From positions 186,001 to 250,000 of the forward strand of contig NMRA01000152.1 in NCBI GenBank assembly GCA_002633005.1: 64,000 nucleotides of DNA, read 5' to 3'. The position numbers and the translations under genes are program-made. The stretch is from Phoronis australis. Taxonomy: Eukaryota > Animalia > Phoronida. Positions 49,952 through 62,691 of this stretch are shown one piece after another. The notes under the pieces are model-generated. The model was not told the origin of the DNA and searched no databases. It worked only from the letters and a program-made list of their open reading frames with translations. Numbering within the stretch: the stretch's first letter is position 1; each line of letters starts with the position of its first letter.

Positions 49952-50289
49952 CATGCGCGCAGTCGGGGGGGGGGGGNNNNNNNNNNNNNNNNNNNNNNNN
50001 NNNNNNNNNNNNNNNNNNNNNNNNNNNNNNNNNNNNNNNNNNNNNNNNNNNNNNNNNNNNNNNNNNNGGGGGGGGGGGTTCGAACGAGCCCCCCCCCATT
50101 TGGCGATGTGGTCCGCCTCTGAGCGACAAAAAGTCCGAGAAAATGAGGCATAAGTCCATTAAACATTCGCAAACGCGTAATTCACAGTGGTGCACCCGTT
50201 TTTTTTTAGTCCGCCCACTTTTTTGTTACCAAGAGGTCCACAAAGTCAGGAATTCGAGCCCTCCACATTGAAGGCTGGGTGCGCGCATG
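49952..50289. mobile_element. MITE spanning the assembly gap
   Basis: CATGCGCGCA...TGCGCGCATG TIRs; flanks TTTCG/TTTTG; poly-G runs border the Ns. Confidence 0.6.
49977..50067. other. Assembly gap (91 N)
   Basis: N run between poly-G tracts. Confidence 0.99.
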
Positions 50290-50304
50290 TTTTGGACCAC
50301 ATTA

Positions 50305-50438
50305 CAGTGGCGGATTCAGATCGAGGGGGCCAAGGGGGCCATGGACAGTTCGGGGGTTCGAATATCTGACGGGCAAAATCCTGCCGGGCTAATACTCTGC
50401 CCTGGCCCCCCTAACTCAAAATCCTGGATCCGCCCATG
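50305..50438. mobile_element. 134-bp MITE with 5-bp TSD
   Basis: CATTA|CAGTGGCGGATTCAG ... CTGGATCCGCCCATG|CATTA. Confidence 0.8.
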
Positions 50439-53400
50439 CATTACATCCGAATTCAGCCGTCCAGTTCCGTGCGTCCTTTCTTCGGAAATGTCCAGAGTGA
50501 GAGACCGTCATGCAGATCAATTTTGCAAAAAGTGGTACAAAATCCGTAGCAAATAGTTTTTGGTGAGGAGATAGGTATGAAAAAACTATCAGGGCAGATT
50601 TGCATTCGTTTTTTTATAACACTGTGCAAGCCGGCTGTCCAATATGAATATGCTGTAGGACTCTCAATGCATTACTTCCTTGTTTTTGATGTCAACACCA
50701 GACGACGCTGATGCAAGACTTTGGCACATGGTGTGACCATCTTTCTACATTATGACCATAGACTTCACTGACTCGATGATCGAGGTGAAAGGCGTGGTGA
50801 AGTTGTGCTGGCTGCCGATTTCCTGATTGTTTTGTGTAAAAGACTTCGACAGAGAGGTATTTAAGTTATAGGGAGTGTAGCGTGGCACTCTTTCAACACA
50901 AAAAAATCATAGAATGTGGAATCTATAGTACTAGTAGTAGTAGCAAGGACTTGTACTGTTTGTGCGTGGATTGTTCATGCACGGAGACATCTCAACCTAC
51001 CGGTTCCATGAGGCTTGACACTCCTTGGTAGTAGTACACGGTACTGCAGTACTGACTGAACACGCCGAGTGAAAGTCACTGTCGTACACCACACTGGTTA
51101 GTTTACTAATCAGTCAATGCTCCACTTCCTACCTTCAGTTGCCCGGGGAGTCACTTCGCAAACTAACTTAACACTGGAAGAACTTTGAAGGTATAAGTTA
51201 AGTAAACGCACCTCACAATAATGCCGTTATGTTTTGTTTTGACTTTGTTAACCAATCCTGACCTCATGTGACCTAGGTAAACATTGAAGTAGGCTATAGT
51301 TTTTAATCATTTAGCAAAAACTGTATGTTGTGAATTTAGTTGTGCCTTGGTAAGTCTATTTTACATGGAATTTTTTAATATGAAACATTTGAAGAGTCAG
51401 CACCTTGGATTTTCATGTTACAAATACAAATAAAAAATGGGACACTCTAGACAGGTAACTGTCTAAAAACTACAGGTATTTCCATGACTCACTGGGACCA
51501 GTGTGCCAAAGCAAAGGATGAACACGACTAATTTCACAAGACAAACAATTTAAAACCATAACAAGATAAGTTTTTACAACATAGTGTGATCCATGATTAA
51601 ATAAGTTAATAACTACCCGGCAAGAAATAATAAGTGAAAAAATTTTTAAGCCCGTAATGGAATTTAATTGATCTCCTGCTGAAATTCCTGCTACCAAGGT
51701 CAAGGTCACTACACATTGAACAGGAGTGGGACAACAAATATGAAAATGAATCTTGCAAAGGTTGTTTGAATTTAGTGGGTGAAAGTGGATTGCTATTTGA
51801 TGCGCTGAAGCTTGTTCTAAGATCCAAGTTTCTTCAGCTGTTGATAGGAAATGGCTTCAATATGAGCCGGGGAGACATCATTACATTCCATTCTCTTGGA
51901 GTGTAAAAATCAAGAAATTTCTACTATCATGATCTAATCTAGAATTACGCTCCACTGATTAAACTTGTCAAGCAACCCTTATGTGTTGGTAAACAATACT
52001 GTGGTTAAGCTGGTCAGAGCTTACTGTCACACAAGTTAAGGAATCAACAGTTCTAATTTCTATTTGTTTTTTTCCATTCGAATTTTTTGGTGAAAGTAAT
52101 TCACACCAAAACATATGTGCTTCACAACATTTGTTGAAAATCATTTGTAAATAGTATTTTTAAATATCAATTAGCGTCAGGCGCGCTGGATTATGTGAGC
52201 TTATCAGATGAAAGCAGACAATAAGAGAGCTGGACTATATAAATATTGGTTTGCCACTGTCAAACTGATAACAGCATGGCTATATCCCGCCGACTGGCTG
52301 ACCAGTCAATCAGGATACTCATTCCACTGCGAGGGTGCTTAACAGAGTCAAGAAAAGTGCAATGCGGCTATAAATTTACGAAAATTGGCCCACCCAAAAG
52401 TATGCTCATGGGTAATTTTCCATTTCCCAAAAGTATGCCATGGGCACATTTTCAGTAACTGTTTAATGTTTTAAAAATCTGATGGATTGTTCTAAAAATA
52501 TGTAATAAGTAAATAAGTTTTAATGTAAACTTTGTTTATTTTGGCAAGACATTATATTTTGAGATTGGGATTTCACTGAATGACTACCATTTGTCCCACG
52601 CCACATGTCATAGACTGTTGTTGTTGTGGTATCTCCATAAGGAAACTGTAGAATTTGTTCATATTTTTTACCAATGTGTTGGTGTTACATCTCCGGGCGC
52701 GAGTCACTTTGGGTGAGCGTGACATCATTTTCAAGGTCACAGCGAGAGAATCAAGTTTTTGCCTAGAAAATGGCATTGACACGATATCTCCTGAAAGAAG
52801 CTGGGGATATGGTTCCAAAAGTACCTCAGAAACAAGCTAGGAGTTCTTCCCGCCATTTTGCTCACAGTGTGTCTTAGCTGCTCACTGTGCTAATTTAAGT
52901 AACAAATCTAACTAGTGGTAACTCAAAATGTCACCAGATGAAAGCTAGAAAATAACTCGCAAGTATTCAGTCTTCACTGTTTATTGGTTACAGCAAACTA
53001 CGAATGATCGTAACCTGAAAGAACAGAGACAGGGGTAAATACTAGGCGGCTAGGGTGAATAGCAAGCGCCATCTATACGTCATAATTCTCTAAAAGCAAG
53101 TTTTTGATCAGCGTTTGGAGCGTGTTAGTTTTTCAAGGTATTCTTGATGGAAAAGATCACAACTGTAGGGATATCTCATGTTAAGTATGGTGAAGAAGTT
53201 AGGACTGTGGAATGTTGGTCCAGTCAAGTCAAAAAGGTGGCAATTCGTGACAGAAGATCATCACGCTGATCTAAAATCTGTTCCCACTGCGAACTAGTCA
53301 GGAAGTAACTTTAATGGGAAAGCAGCTTAACTCTTTGAAGCATGATATATAATTGGCCTTTGTATCAGCTCCCAGCCTCCCAGCCATGATAAAGACCGTT

Positions 53401-54643
53401 GGCCCCTGCTGTGTATGTGCTTAGCAATTAATGCAACTGATGTCTGCATACTCACTAAAAGGGAGATATTTATTAGGATATAAAAGAATCAGTCAAGCCA
53501 CATCGCTCTGAATAAACTTATAACAAAACGATTCAGTGTCATCTGGACATTTTAGCAAATTGCTGTTAAACTGTGTGAAATAGGAGTAATTTGGTGATAA
53601 ACTTACTTCAATTATGAACCTAAATAACCTGTGTATCATGCAAAGTATCCTTTGAGAGATCCAGCAATTCCAGCTGGCTCATCAATTACAAGGTCTACGA
53701 TTAATATCGATTGTTTTAACCACACTCACAGTGAATCATTAAAGACACCTGGAGGATGTCTTCGTAAAATAGCAATCTTTTTACTGCTGTTTATAAACAA
53801 TCAACTTTATTACCCAATAATATGATCATTTTGGGCACTGAGGGGTTATAGACGGTTGTTCACACACAATAGGCCTTTTGAAATTCATGTATCACAAGAT
53901 TCACCCCCTTGCGAAATGTCAACAAACAAACAATAAATTTTACCCGACAACGCATTGTTTGTCAGGTAAAATGGCAGTTTGGAAAGAAAAATAGTTCATG
54001 GTCCTGGCTGAGAGGACATTTGGATTCTAAATTGCAGAGCCTGTAGTGGTGGTAAAACATATTTACTTCGAAGTCATTTTCAAACTCAGTAGAAAGAAAG
54101 CGTAGTGTGTGAAATTTAAGTAATACAGTGAACCCTTAAATCGCTCGTGTCCCACGTTCCAGAATAAAAAATTCAGCAGTAATTTCCGTGTCCCAAATTT
54201 TGGAAACTGTTTCCCAAGTTGGGAAATTTTTACATTTATTATCCTTCTGTGGGAGATTTTTTGCACAAAACCAATTCTTCTGGCACAATGACAGTCAGGT
54301 GAGATTTTGCCTGCTGGAGAAACATGCCTGATAGAAGGCCAAATTTCAGGAGACAGACTGGAGTTGTTAAAAACGTCCAGTAAATGTCCCAGTGACCTTT
54401 TTTCCAACAACTTTCCAACTGTTGGGGAATGCCTAGACTATCAACTCACCATCTTACTAGAAGTTTTTAAGGATAGACTGATTATAAAGCAGATTGGCTA
54501 GCATGTTTTTGGATTGTCAGTCAGAGGACTGAAATGACCTAGTGGCTCATGGGTTGGAATCTGAAATTAGGGAGGGGTCTACCACAACAGTGTCTAGTGT
54601 AGAAAATTCAGGTTGAAGGAGGTTGATCAGTGGGTTTGTTACC

Positions 54644-55205
54644 TTTTTATGCAACCACGAATTTATATGTGGACCATTATGCTGTCATCTCCGTCCGTCT
54701 AGCATCCGTCCGGTGTCCGTCTGGCATCCGTCCGGCGTCGGTCTGTCTGGCATCCGGCGTCCGCTGCTCTCTCCAAAATGTCTTGACGTATGTTCATAAA
54801 ATTTTGCACGTGTTCCTCTTGTGGATGGGACGGCATGAGCGAACTTTCGGATAGATCCAACTACCGGTGTGCCCACTAGTGGATCTTTACAGGATCTTTA
54901 TTAAATTTAGTATGTGAATTTATATGAAGGTAATTAACAGACGGCGACTTTCAGGTGGATGGAACGAACGCTGCGCCCACAATAAAGTGGCAATTAATTC
55001 ATTTTGTTCTGTTTTCCTTTGTTTCTCTGAAGTTCCTTGACAGATTTTTATGAAATATGGCATATGTTCCCGTTTTTGGATGGATTGTATGTTTTTGCAC
55101 ATTCTAGTGGCCATTTTTATGATACAGATAAATAAGTTAAACCCTAAAAGCACATCATTTGCGATGCATTCGTGGGCACATTTCAATGCTCCGCGTTGCT
55201 CTTGT
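54644..55205 (-). mobile_element. Second, internally shortened copy of the same HINE family
   Basis: Reverse complement matches both ends of 40194-42431 (ACAAGAGCAACGCGGAGC...; GGAC repeats; end hairpin) with only about 2 core units. Confidence 0.85.
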
Positions 55206-58200
55206 ATTTGATGGTATTTGCTACACTACGTTTCCTGACTTTTGGCAAAGAAATGTTTAATAATTATTGTTGATTTGATTTTTATTGCTGCTTACTATCC
55301 AATTTGATCTGCATGTCTGCTGAAATTGTCAAAATTGTAGCACATTTCTGATGTGACTGAAAAATAGGGCTTTATCCTGCATGCTGTGTAAAAACCAGTT
55401 TAAACCAGATTTTGTATTGGCAAAATAAACAGATGATAACAGAAGCCATTCCTCCTTGCATTCCCTTTGACATGTTTATGTGCAAGGTTATAAGACAAGT
55501 GACCACTGGCTCCAACTTATCCAGTTGACGTCTTCTGTTCTACTTTTAAATTAGTGCAAACTCTTGGTAAGTGTTGGTAATTATGGGCTCGGGGTATGTC
55601 ATGCTATGGTATACATGCATGCGAGTTTCTTTAGTCTATGTTTGCACTTGATGACCCCTAGACTCAGGGTACTAATTCGTCACATTCATTTGCTATGTAA
55701 AGGAACAAAAGTTCTGAATGTATACAGTGCTGTAGTGGTAAAATAAGAGGTAAGTAGGCGCCCAAAGCCCACCGTACCACCTCGAACACTGAACGTAACT
55801 TACGGTGCGTAGGCGCTACGTTCAAATGCCAAAAGGTGGTTGGCTGCACCTACGTGCGCCTATGCCCCACAACAGCACTGAATATATAAATTAGACATGT
55901 GAAACTTTAGGTTCTTAGTTCAATTTTAGCCAATAGCCTGTTGAACTGGAATTGTTTAGTCCATAAGGCATGCATGGAATTTTTAATGTACAAATTGCAG
56001 GAAACTTAAAGTTGAGCTCTGGTACCAATTACTGTAGGTAGACAAGGCCTAAAAGAGCACCAAAATGAGTCTTAAGAAAGACAAGTTAGGGTGTATGTAT
56101 TGACAAAACAATTACTGGAGCCATTTTCTGTTGTGGAAGTGACCCTTTGAAATCGTAGGGATTTATGTGATATGTCCTGAGATCAGGGTACAGTCTTTTG
56201 TGTGGCTTAACCGACAGGAATACCTCCTATTCAGATTCAAGGAGCAAATGATGATCTCATGTCTCAGTCTGTCAAAAACAAACTCATGATTTGTGGTCTG
56301 TCGCAAAATTGATTTCGCCACGTAGTTTTGAGAAGAAGTCATTTGCCAGTTGTCTGTATGGCTGTCAGGCGAATTCAAGGTCACTATAAATTGTAACCTA
56401 TTTCAAATCAAAAGATAAGAATGTGACTACCTTACGTACTTTGGAGAACAATTAAAGTTGTTAAAAAATTGGATAGTGTTGATGCCTGAACATGATTTTA
56501 ACAGCTTTAAAGTTGGCGGGGGATGGGGTGTCATTGCCACGTTTAGGGTGATGACCGTTAGGAGAATGCCAGGTGATTTATTGGATCCAATTTTAATTTA
56601 AATGATAAGGATATGCCCTTCCTGAGTTACATAGCAATAAAATTCTCCTTTGTTCTGGAGGCAAGAAAATGCCTGTTTTCATTAATCTGGTTTTGGAATG
56701 TCAGGCACATTTTCACAGGTCATGTCCTTGCAAAACCATCCACTGATTAAAAGTATATGGCCATGGAAATTTTACCAATGTAACCATTTAAAAATACCGG
56801 AATTGATAGGTATCTTGTTGAAGAAAGGCATTTTGTTTGCTTCAAAATTAACCTGACAAATGGTCTTTATCCACGTGCTCCGCATTCTCTAATTTCTTTA
56901 ATTGGTGTCAGGAAGCCAAAGAACTTGTCACGCATTCATGGATATTTGTCAAATTCATCTAACTTTTACCCATTGGAGTTGCAGCCCACAACAGAAGTAG
57001 TACTTCATTGACAATGGAAAAACAAATTATACCGGTAGATTAATGCAGCCTAAGAACCTGGTTCCTAGATGCAGCCAAGAAAAACTCGCAAAGAATACGA
57101 CAACAACTAAGAACATATGGAACTCCAATGACGTGAAAATGCCAGGCTACAAAAGTTCTTGATGGATATTGTGGCATTGTGGGTAAATGTAGCGAGATTC
57201 GAGTGTCGTTGCGTAATCTGGGACTGCCCTATTTATTCTGTGACTTTGGAGTGCAAATATGCTTGTGAAGAATCTTGATGTTTTAAACGGTTGAACATAA
57301 TGTTTAACAGCTCTTAAAGCAGACGGACATTACTATGTTTTCGTTTTTAACCCGTGTCATCATTTCATTTTTCATTTGCATGTTGAGTTTCCTTAATTAT
57401 AGTGGAAGTCAGTCCTTAAGGCTCTTGTACTTAGTGGAATTAGCTGGTTCATGAGGCCACGGCCTGATAGACTCTGAAACTGTTGAAAAGTGCAACGACC
57501 CTCTGTGAGACCGACCATTTGTTCAGAATCGAGGGCGTATTTAATTTTCTTTTTATGTTATCTGCCATGGTTCAAACACTGCATAAGCACGCTGTCAAAA
57601 TCTACTATATTATATTGGTTAGCTGAAATAAGTTGACAAAATTTTGAACAAATAATAGCCAAGGAGAAAAGTTATAATTTTTTATTCAAATTTGTTCTTT
57701 TGCTCACAGTCAAATGCAAACAACCCCAAATATAAGGCCATGACCTAATTTTCAAACGTTAAGCAGCATACTCGAAGATAAGCCCATGTTTCAGTGCTGT
57801 TGCCTTCCTGGGAAGTACCAGCTGGTATCCCATCTATGGAAGGCAAAGCAAAAAAAAAAAATAAAAACACTTTACTATAATTGTGCAGGAATTGAAGAAA
57901 TAATTTTCAAAGCAAGAATGTTCAATTCTCATTCATAAAGTGAGTTCACTCAAAGTCCAAATGAAAAGAGAACGTGTCACTTGCTGTAAGAAATTGTTTC
58001 AGAAAATAAAAAAATAACATGCCACAAAAATAACGCCGTAAAAATGTGACTATCGCAGAACAAAAAAAATGTTGCAGAAAAAACTTTAACTTGCTAGGAG
58101 TCTCATGACTGCGTTTTCCTGACGTTCAGTGACTTTACCAGACATAGAGGGTTGTGAGCATGTGATAACATCTAGCTTCTTTGTTAACTGCCAAGCACAA

Positions 58201-61200
58201 TCTTTTGTCTGGTATGACAACAGGCAGGCCATTTATCTACCAGGCTTATTAGAGACCACTTGTGAACACAGTGAAACCTAGAGCGAATTGGTACGTTCTG
58301 AAAGAATAGATTGTCGTAACTTCGGTTGTAGTTGGGTGGTTTTGGCGATTCAAAAACTAAACACGATCACCATTTGACGAGGATTTCAGAAATGCTATTG
58401 GTTTATGTTCAAATATGTTATAACTAAACTTTTATTTTTAACAGCACAGCTCAGTCAGGTTAGATATGATCTTATTAGAGATTAGAGCAATTATCGAACA
58501 AAAGAGAGCTGGCCCTCCAACCCTAAATACCAGAATGGAGTTAATCAGATATTGGCTACAGGGGTCATCTTCCCAACTTGTTGTTGGGCTACAGAATCGA
58601 ACAAGTTGGGAGCAACGGGAAAACGCCGTAATGTGACAACTCTGGACCACGTGACCAAATCATTCATTTGAAGCAAGATAGCTGAGGCAGTTGGAGAACG
58701 TTTGGCTCTGGTGGCTACAATAGTCAATGATCCACATTTTATATGTGATGGCAAGGCATTGCTCAACTAAGCCCCTGTGTACGTAAGCAGTATCCGTGTC
58801 GTCAAGTTGAAGTCGCGTGTTGCTGTATGGTCACATGCTCCTAAATGGTTATGTGGTCCTCGCATGATGATATTTTTGCTGGCGCCATTTTTTATCGACA
58901 ACGAGTGGTGTGTCTGTTTTGAACCAGCGCAGATGATGTGATTCTTTGGCGTGAATGACATGCTTTGCAGTGGCTCCTCATACTGTCACCGAAATAATCA
59001 AAAAGAACAATTACATGCCTTAGCGGCACACCCTCTTGTCATATCCTGCAGGATTTCATCATATCTGAAATCCTATTTGTTGATTTTTGACCTCGGGTCA
59101 TGACAAACGATCGCCATCAAGCACCTATGTCGAGACAAGGGTCGAGAAGACATACATCTTTCGATATTACCCGACAACTCGTGAATTTGACATCAAGCTG
59201 TCATGAAGCAGTGAACATGAGTGCACTTTTTATCGGTGACATTGTCGTTGATGAAAAATCATATCGTGCCTATTAGCCATTAAGGGTTGCTTGTATGGAC
59301 ATGCCAAACCAAGGTAATTAAGTTCACTATGGTTTGTTCTCCTTATGTCTCTCTGTACCTGGGGTTATCTTGTTAGTACACTAGGCACTAACTGCAGGGA
59401 GTGTCTGAAACTGACGTTATCTTGATATGTAAATAATGTTTTTTTTATATGCAGTGTTTGCCCACTGCACCTTTGATAATCTATACAGGGAGGACATTTT
59501 GCTAGAATTACATGTACCTTTGAATATAACTATTCTTCACTTATTTGGTTTGGAATAACTGCCATTTTGCTGTAAATTACAAAAACATGTATGAAATGTT
59601 GTTTTATGACACTATACAAATCATATGAATAATAGACTAAATATTTGTTGGCCTGTAGCTGAGAAATTTGACAAAATAAATTCAGTTCTCCCCCATAGTA
59701 TGCGCTGCAGAGGATTATGGGTAATGATGCAGGAAATGATCTAAATGAAAGCGTCCTAACGGAGCGTCACTTGGTGAAATAGACTTGGTGAAATAAGAGA
59801 GTATATTATGATTGACAACAAAAGCAACAACTCTTTAGACGACAACACTCATGTGACTATACGGGTGCAGAGGACGACTTCAGAGACCATGGCCTTGCCA
59901 ACAACACTGTCAAAAACACTGGCAATGCTGCTTGCAACACCGACAACACCACCCATGAAAATGACGTCACGAACTCCAACACTGGTGACATACAATAGTG
60001 GTGAACTCGTATCAATCGGGAAGACATTGCTGACATTGCCGGCATGCACACCGCCAAAACATTTGATTTCAGAAAGACCCGTCTCAGAGCTGCTAGAGAT
60101 ACAGCGCGATAAATTATTCAATGAAAAAAGAGTCATCCATAACAAGAATGAATGGAATACTGCAGATAGCTATTGACAAGATCTGTTTACATACCATTTC
60201 TTAGAATTCCTCAAAGCACTTGTGAGCTAGAGCTCTGTGAAACAAAATGGGAAAAATGGCCATTGTAACACTACCATTAGTCCAAAAACAATAGGCCTCA
60301 AGCTTTTAACGTGATACAAATGTTTTGTAAATTTCATATTGATCGGGTGAAACATGCAACCTGTAGCATGCATATGTCAAAAGAGCAGCAAGGAATCTGT
60401 CAATAAAGGAGCAATCATATCAGATCAGGTAACCTCGAAAACCTCGAATAACCCAAGAATGGCAAATCATGAAATGGTTTACACATTCGATAATTCTCAA
60501 CAAAATCTCTCCACATACCAGATAGAAGAAGAACACCTTAACATTGGCTGAGTTAAAGCTCCTGAAAGTGAAAATTTGAAAATGCTTGTTACAGCACCTT
60601 GTGTCTTTTTTCAATCAAATTAAATAATCCCCTAGCTCTGGAGAATAAATATACTATTGTGTAAACTTCACGTGGATTGGAGAAACGTAGCCTGTGTGGT
60701 GTGAACATAAAGCATGCTGACTAACTTTAGGACACAGGAACATTACGTACTTGCTGAATTTCATTCCCCCAAGCAATTACAGTACAGTGGTGGATTAAAG
60801 GTGTGTGTGGTGGCCCAGGTGTTTGGCTGTTGATGAAAAATAAATAAAAAAAAGACACGAAAACAAGTTATGGCATTTATCAAGTTGCAAATTATTGTGG
60901 GTGTATTATGCGTGTTCAGGGGGGAGGGGGGAACAGAAGTTTGGAGCTTTGCACCACTTAGATCTGCCACTGCAATACTCTAATGTATTTGGGGATAAGG
61001 TATTTAGTGGTTTCAGATGCTATGATATGTGGGAAGAGGTGTTAATCAATATCTCGGGTAAATATTGGTTTGGACACAACTGTTGTGTTTTAACAGCTGA
61101 CACAAATGGACACAGCTGGGTGTTAATCCCAATGGTTGACACAGCAGATAATATCATATCCCTTAATACTTGTATGGTGTTGTAGCCTTGGAACAACTTA

Positions 61201-61316
61201 ATAGCTACATACTACTGGGTTAATAGTTAAAAACTGGGTTATTTGCTGTCATTAGTGGCATGCTGGGTCACCAGTAAAGTTCTATCTCTTACAGATCTGG
61301 TAGTTTTCCAGGCAAC

Positions 61317-61459
61317 ATGAAGTACGATGAAGTCCTTCAGACCTTGGGAGAATTTGGCCGCTACCAGCAGATCCAGTACTTCCTTCTCTGCCTCATATCC
61401 ATCGTGTCTGCATTCCACTCGCTCAATATGGTGTTTGTTGGCGCCACACCAGAACACTG
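61317..61459 (+). CDS. SLC22/Orct-like organic cation transporter, first coding exon
   Basis: MKYDEVLQTLGEFGRYQ..YFLLCL...MVFVGATPEH(W) is the classic SLC22 N-terminus (FD..L..LGEFG.YQ, TM1, P.HWC); donor TG|gtatgt. Confidence 0.92.
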
Positions 61460-62145
61460 GTATGTGTATTGTAACTCCCAATATGGTGTTTGTTTCGGCC
61501 ACACCAGAACACTGGCATTTATATTGTAACTTCCAAGGTGGTGTTTGTTGGCGCTACACCAGAACACTGGTATGTGTATTGTAACTACCAATATGGTGTT
61601 TGTTTCGGCCACACCAGAACACCGGCATTTATATTGTAACTTCCAAGGTGGTGTTTGTTGGCGCTTCACCAGAACACTGGTATGTGTATTGTAACTACCA
61701 ATATGGTGTTTGTTTCGGCCACACCAGAACACTGGCATTTATATTGTAACTTCCAAGGTGGTGTTTGTTGGTGCCACACCAGAACACTGGTATGTGTATT
61801 GTAACTTCCGATATGGTGTTGACACCACATCAGAAGACTGAAATGTATATTGTAATCTCATTATGGTGTTTGTTGGCGCCACAGCAGAACACTAGCATGT
61901 ATGTTGTAACTCCCAATAAAGTGCTTGTTGGTGCCACACCAAAACACTGTTATGTATATTGTAATTCCCAATATGGTGTTTGTTGGTGCCACACGAGAAC
62001 AGTGCCATGTATATTGTAACTCCCAATATAATGTTTGTTGGTGCCACATCAGAACACAGCTTTAATGTATTAAATTGTAACTTCCAATATGGTGTTTGTT
62101 GGTGCCATACCAAAACATTGCTATGTGTATTGTAACTCCCAATGT
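61424..62145 (+). repeat. ~55-bp minisatellite (~13 units, 110-bp dimer) made of the SLC22 exon end plus splice donor
   Basis: Unit caatatggtgtttgttggcgccacaccagaacactg|gtatgtgtattgtaactcc; intact GTATGT donors at 61460, 61570, 61680, 61790. Confidence 0.92.
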
Positions 62146-62411
62146 TGTTCTGGAGCTGCAGTCATCAACATATTGTTTTGGTTTGTGTCACCTAGCTCAT
62201 CTAATACACAGTTATGGATGAAAATTTTCAAAATAAAATGTTATTGTATAAAATACCTTTTGTTTATAATCATGCCTCATTCTGTGCTTGGAATATGTTG
62301 AAATTTTGTTTATTTGTTGGAATTAGGTTGAATTGTTTTTCTATATTATAGTAACTGGAGCATTTTCTAAATCTGGAATAATTTATTGTATCTAAGTTCT
62401 TATACCTGTAG

Positions 62412-62691
62412 GTGCACCATTCCAAATGCAACGCAATTGTCAGGCAAATTTGGTGGAAATCTCTCAAATGACCATTTGCGAAACCTCACGTCGCCTTGGA
62501 AACAGAACAAATTCGGCGACTGGTCACGTGACAGCTGTATGGCGTATAATGTGACTGAGATATTAGATGATGAGGCGCTGGTCATGTACAATTACAGTTC
62601 ATGGATGAGTCAGGACGTCAACAGAACCACATACGCATGTGACTCTTGGCAATACAGTCAAGACGTGTTTCACCATACTGTTGTAACACAA
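62412..62691 (+). CDS. SLC22/Orct-like transporter, second coding exon (large extracellular loop); gene continues beyond the window
   Basis: ctgtag acceptor in phase 2 completes HW-C; N-glycosylation sequons, SC.AY, C..W.YSQ...TVVTQ motif; donor gtaaga. Confidence 0.9.

Noticed and set aside
59808-60176. 122-aa Thr-rich ORF upstream of SLC22
   Set aside because: Low complexity, no family motif or splice support
61424-62145. CRISPR-like appearance of the repeat array
   Set aside because: Eukaryotic context, no unique spacers, no cas genes; it is a tandem minisatellite
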